DNA of 64,000 bases from Octopus sinensis (lineage: Eukaryota), in contig NC_043011.1 in assembly GCF_006345805.1 (NCBI RefSeq), positions 19,170,464-19,234,463 of the forward strand. The letters are read 5' to 3'. Below, piece by piece: positions 1 through 13,478 of this stretch. The position numbers were made by a program, and so were the translations under genes. Numbering within the stretch: the first letter of the stretch is position 1; every line of letters begins with the position of its first letter. Below the pieces are notes generated by a model. It worked only from the letters and a program-made list of their open reading frames with translations, was not told where the DNA came from and did no database searches.

Positions 1-300
1 AAGGAAGAACTACATCGGGTTAAAAGAGGGAAAATCCAAGAGATGCCATGCAAACCACCTATCTTCCTTCCGGCACATCGATAAAATGAAGTCGACTAAG
101 TTGTCTAACTGCGTATAGAATTTGAAGTGCAATTCCACACCACATACAATTAACTAAATAATAGTGAAGAAATAAAAGCCATATGCTAATGGATATTAGA
201 ATTACAGTTTATGCGTAGCAGAAATATCTCATATTGTTCTTTGAACCAGCAATTCTAACACACTGCTTAATTCGCAATTTAAAATATATAACACGTGTAG
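1..300 (+). mobile_element. Decayed Penelope-like element, C-terminal part of the GIY-YIG endonuclease
   Basis: Frame 2 reads RKNYIGLKEGKSKRCHANHLSSFRH..KSTKLSNCV*NLK..IN*IIVKK*KPYANG..YSLCVAE, then LLNS. This fits the PLE GIY-YIG tail pattern (YIG..E..K.R..NH..SF..T.LS..W.LK..PY..LC..E). Several stops. Confidence 0.75.
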
Positions 301-1539
301 ACACATAGACAGGATTCATTTATCGAATTGGAAGGCAGGACCCACTACGGACTGAATTGCTCTTTCACAGACTTTGATATATTTTCTGCTCTTGTATTTT
401 AAAGCGGTAGTATTCAATAAGCTTTCTGTACTCAGGGAGGACCAGAATTTAGTTCTTGATTTCGATTCTTTTTTCTCGTTTCACCTTTTACGCCAACATT
501 CTTTATGTTTACTCCAGGTTTATTATCTTTATTTTCTTTATTTTCTTACTGTGCAGCGTTAGTGACACATAAATAGAGCCTGAAAGATTGATTTAATGTA
601 AGGTACATGCTATAAAAAGTTCGGTTGACTTCTAGCATTACACCAGCGTGGGATTTTAAGTTAGCAGTCATCCGAGTCCAAACCATCCATGCCAATTTGT
701 CTTATATTCTGTGTATCGGCGTGTATTTATATGTGTGTGTGTGCGTGTATGTGTGTGTATATGTGTGTTTGTGTGTATACGTGTGTGCGTGTGTAAATGT
801 GACACATTTATTTAATGATATCTTGAACCAGCCCCCAGTCTTACCAAATTTTAAGCTTATGTTTATATAAATTATTCCGGATATGTGAGACTCAACAGCG
901 ATCTTCAGTTTCATTTGCCGAAGAGTACCACGTAAATTTCATCAACTATTACGAACACCGTCCCTATTTGCAGCTGCACATGCTTATATCTTACATCCCA
1001 TTTCGACGCCCATTTTCATTCAAATTCTGGTGTAAATTTATACATTTTTTATTGAATTAAATGCACTGAAGATAATGCTTTATAGATTATCTTAATCACA
1101 GATGTTTTTGCGTAGCACATTTATTCTGGAGTTGAACAGCTCCACCAATGTCAGGTATAGCAATGCCTAATATGAAAATATTATTATATCAGTAATGTAA
1201 TACATTTTTTTATGTTTTTTTAATTTCTTCCTAAACTATCATTTCACAGAATCAACTGACGTCGTATTGGCCGAAAATTATAAAATAATTAGACAGTAGC
1301 ATAGCTTTTGTCGGCTTCAAAGATTCATGTATTTATATAGAATCAGTGAGTAAACACCTTTTTAAATCAAACGAATATCCGTGTTTCTGAGAATAATTTG
1401 AACAAATAGTGAAGAAATATAATTGAAATATTTTCTTATTTCACGCTGCATCAAATAGCGTCGTCGTAGTATGGTATTTATATATAATAATTATGATGAA
1501 GTTAACGATTCTAATGATAATGATATTGCTAATAACACA

Positions 1540-1945
1540 TTCTTTTCTACTCTAGGCACAAGGCTCGAAATTGTTGGGGTGGTGGGCAGTCGATTAGATC
1601 GACCTCAGTACGCAAGTAGTACTTAATTTATCGAACCCGAAGGGATGAAAGGCAAAGTCAACCTCGACAGAGTTTGAATTCAGAAAGTAAAAACAGACGA
1701 AATACCGCTAAGATTTCGCCCAGTGTGCTACAATTTCTTATTTCTTTATTGGGACTAAACATAGAGGGGACAAACAATGAAAACCAAAGGGATTAAGTCG
1801 ATTACATCGACCCTAATGCGTCACTGGTACTTAATTTATCGACCCTGGAAGGACGAAAGGCAAAGTCGACATCGGTGGAATATGAACTCAGAACGTAAGG
1901 GCAGACGAAATGCCGATAAGCATTTCGCCCGGCGTGCTCGCCGCC
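1540..1945 (-). mobile_element. Two tandem copies of tRNA-derived SINE family 1, with different 3' tails
   Basis: Both contain the reverse complement of the core gttctgagttcaaattccgccgaggtcgactttgcctttcatcc found at 26373-26606 and 61895-62130. Confidence 0.85.
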
Positions 1946-2699
1946 TTTACTAATGATACCTACTATACTAATGACAACAATGATAAAGACTTCGATGACG
2001 ATAGCGGTTCCTGTACCGACGGTGTTGTTGTTGGTAGTAATCATAGCTGGTGTTGCAGGTGCTGGCGCTGTTTGAATCGGTGGTAGGGATATTGGTGGTT
2101 GTCTTAAATAATATAATGACGGTGACCTCCATGGTTTCGGTATTGATTTCAATAGTCAGAGTTAGCATGATTCTGATAACATATGAACACATTTTCGGCA
2201 ATATCATTTATTTCCCTTTTTTTTCTTTTATGGAATACTATCTCGTTACATGCAAAACACTTCTATCTCTACGTACTCCTTAGATTTACCAAATAACCTT
2301 TTACATTTACCGAATAATGGATTTACTAAATATTTATAATTCTATATCATCGATTATTTTGCGATGCTGGTGGATATACACACTATAATCTTCTACCGAT
2401 ACTATTCAGTGCATTGCTGCATGACCTAATTCTATTGCACTGGCAGCAATTTTCAAATAGAAAAGATATCTTAAATAATTTCAGGACATTATCAATGATT
2501 TTTGTGCTAATTGCTCTCTTTCTGCACACCCGTTAATATATATGTCTACAATTTAACAAAACAGGGATATTCACAATAATTTACATCATAGATCGTTAGG
2601 TGCTGCGCATAATTATTGCAATTCATTCTCATTATATACGTGTGTACCTGTCAAAACTGACACTGGATACCTTATAAATGCAGAATCTATTTTAGCTTC

Positions 2700-2967
2700 A
2701 ATTCGCTCCCGGCATCCATTACTTCTCGAATATGTTCATTTGATATATACTTAGCAGTCGCAAGTCTTCTATCAATTGCTTGTTAGAAAGCTAGTGGGCA
2801 AGTTAGAGAGTTGCTTATACAAAAGTCGCATCATAATGCAAACCAATCAAGTCAAGCAATCTAGTTTAAGACCATTTCATGATAAGTATATTTCACACAT
2901 CTCGATGAAATTTATTCAAAGTCAAATCAGAAACTATTCTGAAAGGTTCTCAATGTTTGGATTATAG
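2700..2967 (+). pseudogene. Degenerate exon-like block Z of the unidentified tandem module
   Basis: RKLVGK and DKYISHISMK align with FKLTGK and DEAYLQNISIK at 41.2 kb. Confidence 0.4.
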
Positions 2968-3618
2968 AAAACATAAATTACATATGGTTATATCATTACA
3001 TACACGTTAAGAGTTCTTTATATGGTAATTATCTTTCAGTTACAAGTCTTGACAACATTAGAGAAGTATTAAGATGTGTATTCTCTAATTATTTTATTAT
3101 CAACTATCAGGTTAAACATAGCTTTGGTTATCTTACTTTCTTTGGTGAAAGCCTTACATGTATATTACGAATAAACTGAGAAAATAAAGTATATAATTCT
3201 TTCTAAGAAAGTTATTACATACATAAAGGGAAGGTTGTAGAGTTTCGCATTCTGCACGGAAAACTTTTACAATGATATAATTGTAGATTTTGAAGTTACG
3301 AAACCATAAATTATATACGTATTTACAGGAATTGTAAATCAGTTAAAATGAAAGTTTAATGTTCTCTTGAATTCATTGCAATGACTAAACTAATCGTAAA
3401 ACTATAGTGTTTGAATGAAAGTTTCAGTTCTATAAAATATAAGAACTTGAAAAGTGTGAGGATAATAAAAGCTATACTTACGTAAATCTGCCTAATACTA
3501 TAAAATTGTAAATTATGTAAGGTTTAAAAGAGAAATATGTATGCCGAGAAATTACATAAATTAATTTTATAAACATAAACGGCATAAATGAAAACCACAC
3601 GTAGAAACATATACATGC

Positions 3619-3682
<64 letters not shown>

Positions 3683-3809
3683 ATATATATATATGTGTGT
3701 GTATGTATGGGTGTATGTATATATAAAAGGCACTTGAGATCCTACTTTGCATTTAATTGTAATGGAAACTAAAAACATATATATGTGTGTGTGTGTATGT
3801 TTGTATCTA

Positions 3810-5062
3810 CAGCGGTTGGACAAAATAATGGAAACACATTAGAATTTGAAACAAATTTGTTTTAATATAGGGTAGGACCGTCATTGGCTGTAATTATAGC
3901 TTGAATTCAACGAGGTATGGACTTGTACAAAGTTTGAATTGTTTCCAAATGAATTTGCGTCCATTCTTCAGCTAAAACAATCTCCACGGCTTGTAGTGAT
4001 GATGGTGCAGGACATCGATTCCTTGTTCTTCTAAAATGCACCATAAATGTTCAATAATATTGAGATCCGTGGGCTGTAGTGGCCAGATAAGATGCTCAAC
4101 TTCCCTAGAATGTTTCTCTTGCCATTCAGTAACAACCTTAGCTGTGTGAATTGGTGCATATCATCCTGAAAGATTGCGTTTCCTTCCGAAAACATTTCCA
4201 CAACCATAGGATGAATTTGATCAGATAAAATGCTTAACTAGACTTGACTATTACTTCTGCCATGAAAGAAAACAATTGGGCTAGCAGATATAACCCCGCA
4301 CCAGATTATCACAGATGCTCCTCCATGTTTAACAGGTGAAAGAATGCAGTCTGGGTCAAATACTCTCTCCACACGTATACTCGGCCGCTGGTCGGAAATA
4401 AGGTAAACGATGACTCATGTAAGAAAATAACATTCTTCTACTTTTCTAAGGATGAATTCTTTAGGTTTTTACTCCACTCTAAACGTTTTGCAACGTTTGG
4501 TTTTGAAAGCAGTGGTTTTCTGATTGCAGTCCTCCCATGAAATCCGGCTTCGTGCAGCTCCCGGCGAACCGTTCTTTGTGGAAACTGGGTTCTTGAGGTG
4601 GTCATTAAGCTCTGCAGTAATTCTGGGAACTGTACGTTTGTGATCCTTTCCAACAATTCGAGTAAGAATCCGATGGTCCTTATCTGAAAGTTTAGGTTTT
4701 CTTCTGGTGATTTGTTTCGACGAGGAGTCTTTTCCCTCTTTCTCAAAGGCTGTTATTTCTTTGGAGACAGTACTTCTTGATACGCCAAACATTTCGGCTG
4801 TTTTCGTTACACTAGCGCCTGCCATACGAGCGCCAACAATTCGACCTCTTTGAAAGTCAGATAGATCTGTCATTTTAATGAATTATAATTACCTTTTTTC
4901 GATGATATCTTAAAAGAAATAGCAATTTTAGCAAAACGGAATAAGCAACACTAATAATATATCAAAAGGCATACAACTCAACAAGCTCTTGACCGTTTTA
5001 TAGATATTTCAAAAGTATGATGCTATGATGCTAGGTGTTTCCAATATATTGTCCAACCCCTG
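3810..5062 (-). mobile_element. Full-length, frameshifted Tc1-family DNA transposon (1253 bp)
   Basis: 28-bp TIRs at 3810-3837 and 5035-5062 (25/28 identical) with TA on both sides. Transposase starts MTDLSDFQRGRIVGARMAGASVTKTAEMFGVSRSTVS (paired-like HTH, 4873) and continues TVRRELHEAGFHGRTAIRKPLLS in another frame. Confidence 0.95.
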
Positions 5063-5156
5063 TATGTATACTTACAGTAAAATTTAGAATTTTATATACA
5101 TGTGCATGTTGTTTTAATCAAGTAAGTAAATTTTGAGCCTGCGTTAACAGTACGTA

Positions 5157-5374
5157 CGAGTGGGTGCTGAAATGTTCCTGCCTTTAAGGGTGTGGCGGAA
5201 GGCCTGGGCGGAGGCCTAACTTTCCGAGTTCTTTTTACAAGGCTTAGAAAAACAGAAGCATCGCTGCAAAAAGTATGTGAATCTGGGAGTGGAATATATT
5301 GAATAAAATCATAATTAACTGAACATTCTGCATTTAATTATACTGTAAGCCTGGAACTTATCAGTACACCTTCG
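5157..5374 (+). mobile_element. Mariner-derived MITE
   Basis: TA-flanked imperfect TIRs (cgagtgggtgctgaaatgttcc ... ggaacttatcagtacaccttcg). The interior resembles the mariner transposase C-terminus ending EYIE*. Confidence 0.75.
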
Positions 5375-8159
5375 TAAAATTATTGGTTTGAACATCTGAG
5401 TTGAAAACAAATTATACTATATGTAGTTCTTTCTTCTTGGCCCCGTCTGCTCTCTGCCCTTAGTGAACGTTCAACTTTATAATTCTAACCGTGAAATCTT
5501 TCATTTCTTTACAACGTGAATATATGTGTTTTTTCCAATGTATATTTCCTTGCTTGTTTTAAGTTTCCATTACAATTAAATGCAAAGTAGGATCTCAAGT
5601 GCATTTTATATACGTTTTTCTATTAATGTGTAAGTGAACGAGAGTGAATGAGATTGAATGGGTGCTTTTGTTTGTTTGTGTGTGTGTGCGTGTGTATATA
5701 TACACTACCAACAATATGTTTCAATCTAAAAGAGTGTGTTGTTATCCATACAGTTTAGTGCAATATTTTAAGAGATTAAATGTGACTTGTGTATATTTTG
5801 AAATGACTTAAACTTTTCATCAGTATGCTGTATCGAGAACTCTACCTGAGTGGGATGTATTTGATATAGAGCTGAAATATTTTATGTTAGTATAATTCCA
5901 GTAAGCTTCACGGTAATGAACAGTTATAATGCATCGTTAATCCGCCAACAAATGATCAGGTATGTTTGAAACATAACTAACAATGCAGGTTCGTACTTTG
6001 TATTACTGTTTTGTTGCCTGTAAGCAGTGATACAGAAGGATCACCATTTTCAACCAAAACATCGCCTTCTTTATCGTCCAGTAGAAAACACCAGAAGCCA
6101 CAGCATATAACGTTGCTGTTTTAAGAGATTAGTACATAGATTGTGAGATACTTCACTGCTATTTCGGCATAATCTGTTATAACGGAGAGACATTAATTTT
6201 CTTGATTTTTAGTGTAGCTATTGTTTTAATTAGTGAAGTTAATTGCATTAATCTACTGAATTATTTTCAACATTATATTATCAGCCCTTTATAGGCTTGC
6301 TTGTTTGAAACATAATAGAGATTTAAATAAAGTTTTATGAAGATATCTACAATAAAATGCTGTACAAAGCCATTAACTGTGATTCTTTGAATAGACTCAA
6401 ATTCATTAGACTGTTTCGCCGTCAATTAAATAAAACATAATTGTTGTAGTATACAGTGCATTTATTATCATTCTGTAAGATAAAAGACGAACTGGACCAC
6501 ATCAGTATTAAAAGAATTAAGAATTACAACTAATTAAAGAAAACGGTAACCAAACATATATTCTTACGGTCCACCTGCTAAACAATATCCAACTCTCGAG
6601 ATTTAATTACTATTGTTAAATTCTTGACTAGACTCAAAGCCAGTTTTTATACAGAAGGACATCTATAAAATGAAATTCTATATCACCGAGCTTTAAGGTT
6701 TTATTGCCAATTAGGTGGTAATGTTATAGTAAAATCCATCAAAGGTGTTCTCATTTTAGAAACACTTAGAATCAATATTTCAAGCACCGCGATTACCTAT
6801 TCATTGTAACTTAATTAAAATTATCGCAGGCAATATTTTTTTCTGTATCTTAGGATTCGTGCTTTCACTCCGTTATCTTTCAAATTCAATTAGTCAAGTC
6901 TTTGTCGTCAGAAATTTGAAGGTCACGTTTAATATATTCACCTTCTGTGAAAAATTATACTGAAGCTAATTCTGAAGTGTATTATTAGAAAGATGACTGT
7001 TATGTGGCTAATTTTCGACATATTAACATGGGAAAAATTCAGGAAATATCTCAATATGACTGATTCTCTTACTGGGATCTCGATGCAAAGATTACGATGT
7101 TAACTTACGTTCATATATTTATTTTGGTTATTCAGTTGTTGCTTCGTATACTAGAAGTATAATTGCAGGATCTCCCCTAAATCCTACTTTGTTCCCTTAA
7201 AACGAACGAGGGATTGAACGTATAATTGCTTTCTTGTTCTTAAGGATTAAAACGCCTATGCACAGACATGATAACAGTTGTCCAAGGCGTTCCTTTTGGT
7301 AGCAAAGGTCATAAAGTAAAATCAATCAGTCTTCTGACCATTGATATTTTCTACAATCAATGCCAAACATTTAGAGAGCTACAATTTCATTACATGTATT
7401 AGTATAATTCGAGACTTTTAAAAATGTTTCAGGAAAATGGTAAATCAGCCACATGAGAAATAATGATGGAACATACGTGATATCGAAATGAGAAACTATG
7501 CAAATGTGACATTAAGTTAGAAACAAAGGGATCTAGTTAAATTAATACGAAAAACTATTAGATGTAAAAAATATATATTTCTGAAGCACAAAAAATCGTT
7601 TCACATATGATCTACTGTATGTTTGTAAAAGTTGAACAAGTGAGCATTATCTATGGTGAAAGAAGTGTTTGTTTCTTCAATGGGTGACTGTTAATTACCG
7701 GAGATTAAATTAATCACTTATAACTATTTATTAACTAACAACTGCAAACATTTAATTTACGAGCATTACTAATTAATATATTTAATTAATTTGATGGTTA
7801 CTGCTAAACAAATATGGTTGTAAAAGCAACTAAAATCACTGGAAAATCCAGTAAAACAATTTTGTTTACGGTTTTAAGCGATATCTACTGGCACACGGAT
7901 AAAACATTGCGGTCGCATAAATGTATTACTTAATCTTAAAGAGTGGCTGTTCTTTCGTTTACCCATTAACTGTTGTTATACTTCTGAGCCTGAGATAAAT
8001 ATGTTTACCTACTTCTAAATAATAAATAATGTAACGTCCAGAAGCTTACATTGTTTCTCCAAATTTGCATTTCAACTTTTGACATTTTTATGCGAATATG
8101 TGTGAAACTATTACGCATATTGCTATAGTTTTTTTGCTGCGTGCAATCTGAACTAAGTA

Positions 8160-8471
8160 GAAATTGGTAGTATTTTGCGTTATGCAGCTGTTGTGTATAA
8201 TCTGTTTTTGAGGTATTCATTTTGAGTTAAGTCCAGTTTGTTTAACTATGAATTTGAACAGGTCGCCTTTGACAAATATACATGTATGATGCACAATCTG
8301 TTAAATATCATATATTCCACAGCGATATCAAGTCCCTCCATTACTAAAACAACATTCAAAATGAGATATTGTTCCATAAATATACATCTTAAAACTGAAG
8401 AATGGTACATACTGGCGTTAGCTCATGTTTCTTCTTGCTACGATGAAAACATATCGCAATATATTTACTGA
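8160..8471 (+). pseudogene. Degenerate exon-like block X
   Basis: EIGSILRYAAVVYNLFLRYS aligns with DIGLQLTYLALVIAAHLTDS (63272). LFNYEF..YTC..L..IIYS aligns with LFTFKL..YKC..L..EIFS (29350). EEW..L..NI..YI aligns with EEW..L..NI..FI (39100). Confidence 0.5.
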
Positions 8472-9149
8472 GATAAATGGATGTTCGAAACACTGATAAA
8501 TATTTAAACCTAAAAAATTATCTTAAGAGAAAACAAATTGATTAATCTTGAAGGGCACTATATTATAAAGAGGAACATAGCTTTTAAACATATTTCAGAC
8601 GACCCTATCTGCTAAGGTCGTGTCTTGATCGACGAAGAATTATCTATAAATAATTTCGTAGTTATTTACGGTCATTTTGTTTGGACATTACTATAAAATT
8701 ATGAGGTGGTAACATCAAATTTAATCGCATTAGCATATATATAATGTGGGATTTTCAGGACATAAAGCATTCCTCTAATTATTTATTCCAACGGTATGAC
8801 CACTCTGTTCTTGTAAGCTTCTTCTGAAACAAGGTCATATATTTTTAATCATTGACCATTGATATTTCCCACTAGTTTCTCTTCATATCCTTTCACCCGC
8901 CCCCTACACACACAGATGTATAAATTTATATGAACACATACGTACAAACAATACGTCTTTTCTGTTCTCTTATTACTACCCGCATACCCATGTTCCAATA
9001 GATCGTAGGCTTAAGTTCTCTATATACCCCAGCTTTGAATCGGATTATTATGGACATTTCGATACACCCACATTTCGTGTCTCGTTGCAGAAAAAGTACA
9101 TGCTTACATAAATACTTAATTCATTAATACCACCACAACTAGATCACAA

Positions 9150-9650
9150 TTGACTACTCTCGTAAACCCATATTCCCATTTATTGGAGGAGTGTTTTTTT
9201 CCCGACCTATGGAATATAATATATGGGGACACGCAAACTTTTATATTAATTTTACTATCGAATTCTTCTTTTAGTGTAAATTTTTCAAAACAAATAAATT
9301 AATATTCAGAGCTATATCGGTATAAAATGGCTAGAAAAATAATCATTTATGTTTTAGAGAATTATTAGATGTACAATGTTTCTGACTTAGCTGCATATAT
9401 TTTCCTGACTTTACATCTTCGTATTTGCCTTTTTACTCTCCCCGGTTTGCTGCAATAAGTTGAAACTTTTTACCTACCTACAAATACGAACACGAATTTG
9501 TTCAAGCCAATATAAATGTGTGGCTTACTTCCAGTGTTTCAATAGGAACATTCTATGGCAAAATCCAGGATGAGTCACAAAAATTATAGAATTTCCTACT
9601 TAGTGTTTTGCACATTCTATACACTTAGATCTCAAACCGCACCGGTGAGG
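9150..9650 (+). pseudogene. Degenerate exon-like block Y
   Basis: DNA similarity to 54080-54560 (ttttactatcgaattcttctttt vs ttttaatactcgaattgctgttt). F...S*NF...YK...F..IGTFY..DESQ aligns with F...SP*NS...YK...F..LGNFF..DEHQ. Confidence 0.45.
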
Positions 9651-10471
9651 ATTTACTCGGTATTAATGTCGTCCCTTGTGACACAAGCTGTCAATTGCGT
9701 AACCGTCTATATTTTCAAAATCGATTAAATATTAAGATATTAGTAGCTATATCCAACAATGATGAAATATAATTCACTATTCAAACTAACAAAGCAAAGG
9801 AGGGGAATATCATCACGAATACATAGTTGCTAGTTATTAAATTCTTACTTCAAATTTATAACTATAAATAGTTTGATATGTTGATATGGTTTCTAAAAGG
9901 GAACTATAATTTAACGGTTCAGAAGTTACTTTTCTAAATTCCCACATGTTAGGATCATTTCTAAACATATTTCATTATTTTATAAACGTCCGACTTGATG
10001 TGCATCGTTTCAATTAAAATTATTATATTTTTATGTATAGAAATACATAGATTACCAAAGCTGTTTAATATATATAGAAAACACCAATCAGTAAACATAT
10101 ATAATGAATATAAGTATTCCGATGCACTGCAGGGGACAGAAAAGATATAATAGACTAAATGTGTTTTTATTACTTTAGTCATGTATCATCCATGGATTGT
10201 GAAACATTCCGTATTCTACGGAATTATTTTCTTGAACATATTTTTGAATCCACTGAACAAAAATCAAACTAAATTAAAGAAGACATATTTGCCAGCCATC
10301 TATGTAATTTCGTCTTCGCCATAAAAATTCATATTAAGTTGTGTATGATTCCTGCAAGGAAAAGGGTCAATAGAATATAATAAAACACAAATCACATGGT
10401 GAAGTATGAGTAATGACACATTGTAAGGTATTTTTCTAGAGGCAATAAGTAAATAGTGCTTCAGTATCTAA

Positions 10472-10553
<82 letters not shown>

Positions 10554-10576
10554 CATACATATACACAGACACACAC

Positions 10577-10619
<43 letters not shown>

Positions 10620-10859
10620 TATATATACATATGTATATAGCTTAATTTGTATTATGGTGTCGTTGCGATATGTAGCGAGAAAACAAAAAGGAAGAAAGCC
10701 AGGAAATTATTAGTTGTGGTCGATATTATACTGGAATATTCCCCTGCAAAAGTACGATGCTGGTAACGGAAATGATCACATCTTACTCCATTATTCTCAA
10801 TACAAAGTATCTTACTATTCACGCGTGGAAAATATTTCAATACAAACCTTTTATTGCTA

Positions 10860-11064
10860 TTGTTACCATTATTATTATTATTATTATCATTATTATTATT
10901 ATTAGTATTAGTATTATTATTATTACTATTATTATTATTATTATTAGTATTAGTATTATTATTATTATTACCATTATTATTATTATATTATTATTATTAT
11001 TATTATTATCTTCATCGTCATTTACTTTCACATTCATACATTTTAGTTTGAATATTAGATTAGA

Positions 11065-11146
<82 letters not shown>

Positions 11147-11160
11147 TTAATAATAATAAC
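10860..11160. repeat. (TTA)n followed by (TAA)n microsatellites in opposite orientation
   Basis: Seen directly. Confidence 0.95.
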
Positions 11161-11480
11161 GACAAACCAACTACAACAAGGAAAATAATTTCATTATTAA
11201 CAAAATGAGCAGATTTTTGCGAGAGAAAATATAAGAAATATACCTGAGAGTGCTATGAAAACGTGTGGAGCAGACAACCTAATGATACCAAACTGCATGG
11301 TGCACAAAGACATAATTCAATAGACATCACACACACACACACATTCACACACACGCACACACTCACCCACATGCACACACTCACACACACACGCACACCC
11401 ACACACGCACACATATAGGGAGATAGATATAGATATAAACATACCTATATATGTATATGTATGTATATATACATGAATAT

Positions 11481-11561
<81 letters not shown>

Positions 11562-11644
11562 GGTCCCGGGTTGATTCGGGGTTAACCACAGTAAATAAGG
11601 TACTCAATACATAGCAGAGTAAAATTAATTTATTATATAGAAGG

Positions 11645-11695
11645 AGCTTCTACAGGACTAGAACTGTTTCATTCAAGAGAAATCTTCAGGAAGCT
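11645..11695 (-). ncRNA. Type I hammerhead ribozyme
   Basis: Reverse complement of 12705-12755: AGCUUC-CUGAAGA-UUUCUCUUGAAU-GAAACAG-UUCUAGUC-CUGU-A-GAAGCU. Confidence 0.8.
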
Positions 11696-11974
11696 AGTTA
11701 ACAAGAATTGTATTGGCATTTATACATTTAGGCAGGTTTAAAGGGGTGTTGGTGGGGGACTTTTATGGGGGTAGGCATAGCGCAAAAAATCATACTTGGG
11801 GGAGTGGTCAAGGAGTCAGTGCTAAATTAGATAGGAGAATAAATAAAAAAATAAAAATAAAAAATAAAAAATAAAAAATAAAAAATAAAATAAAAAATAA
11901 AAATTCAAAAATATAAAATATAAAAAAAAAAAATAAAAATAAAAAATAAAAAATAAAAATTCAAAAATATAAAA

Positions 11975-12018
<44 letters not shown>

Positions 12019-12030
12019 AAAATATATATA

Positions 12031-12080
<50 letters not shown>

Positions 12081-12432
12081 GGGGGAATAGAGTTTTAGGT
12101 AAATAAGGAGATTCTCACTTATACCTCTACACATACACACATATATATACAATCACACATACATATACATATCTACACATACACATATATATGTATACAT
12201 ACACACACTCACTTGCATACACGTATACACACATGTATATATACACACACGACCACACATACATATACACACAGAAAAATATATATATACACATACACAC
12301 ACATCTACTCACATACACGCATACACACACAAATCCATACACACACATGCACACACAGCACACTAGTCCCTATATACACATATATACACATACACACATA
12401 TGTTTTTTTTTTATTTTTTTTTTTATTTTTTT

Positions 12433-12464
<32 letters not shown>

Positions 12465-12499
12465 TTTCTATTTTTTTTTTTTTTTTTTATTTTTTATTT

Positions 12500-12536
<37 letters not shown>

Positions 12537-12704
12537 TTTTTTTTTTTTTATTTTTTATTTATTCTCCTATCTAATTTAACACTGACTCCTTGACCACTCC
12601 CCCAAGTATGATTTTTTGCGCTATGCCTACCCCCAAAAAGTCCCCCACCAACACCCCTTTAAACCTGCCTAAATGTATAAATGCCAATACAATTCTTGTT
12701 AACT

Positions 12705-12755
12705 AGCTTCCTGAAGATTTCTCTTGAATGAAACAGTTCTAGTCCTGTAGAAGCT
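12705..12755 (+). ncRNA. Type I hammerhead ribozyme
   Basis: Stem I AGCUUC/GAAGCU, core CUGAAGA, short stem II UUC/GAA, GAAA, stem III ACAG/CUGU, and GUA triplet (predicted cut after 12749). Confidence 0.8.
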
Positions 12756-12769
12756 CCTTCTATATAATA

Positions 12770-12802
<33 letters not shown>

Positions 12803-13220
12803 ATACTCAAAATAAGCAACAAGAATGACTCCGGAGTCATTCTTGTTGCTTATTCTGATTATAATCACTCCACGGATTTTTATGGATAACACCATACAGA
12901 ATTATGGTGCATCTAAATTAAGTACCATATTCATTTGAATCTAAATTTTGGTGAACTTATATATGCATATACATATATGTATATATATGTATTGAGAAAT
13001 AGGATAAAATCTTTATAAGAATGTATCAAGTAGTTAGCGTGAAAAGCCTCACAAGGGGAAATGTATTAATTATTCCTTTTAAATATATCTACTTGTATTA
13101 AGACCATTACTATACATAAATGCCTCATGCTAAGGGGGACTCTTAAAGTCAAAACTACCATAAGGCATTTATGTATAGAAATGCCTAAAACATATATGAA
13201 AATATATGTACATATGTATA

Positions 13221-13258
<38 letters not shown>

Positions 13259-13297
13259 TGTATATACATATACATATATATATATATATGTTTATAT

Positions 13298-13342
<45 letters not shown>

Positions 13343-13478
13343 CATTTATATTATATAGAGGGTACTATTATCCATAGGTACCGCACGCTAGGAGGGACTT
13401 TTGCAGTCAAAACTACTAAAATAAACAAATTGTACCGAATGCAAAACTTCAAAGCAAGTCATTTAGAAACAGACTTTA

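Larger units (their letters stand above)
11560..12772. mobile_element. Non-coding Penelope-like terminal-repeat (pLTR) insertion arranged as a long inverted repeat
   Basis: 11628-11845 is nearly the exact reverse complement of 12553-12772, extended inward by A-rich and T-rich arms. Each arm has a hammerhead followed by AATAAA. Flanked by (TA)n. Confidence 0.75.

Noticed and set aside
6860-6915. Minus-strand CTGACGA..GAAA
   Set aside because: No consistent stems I and III; a chance core match.
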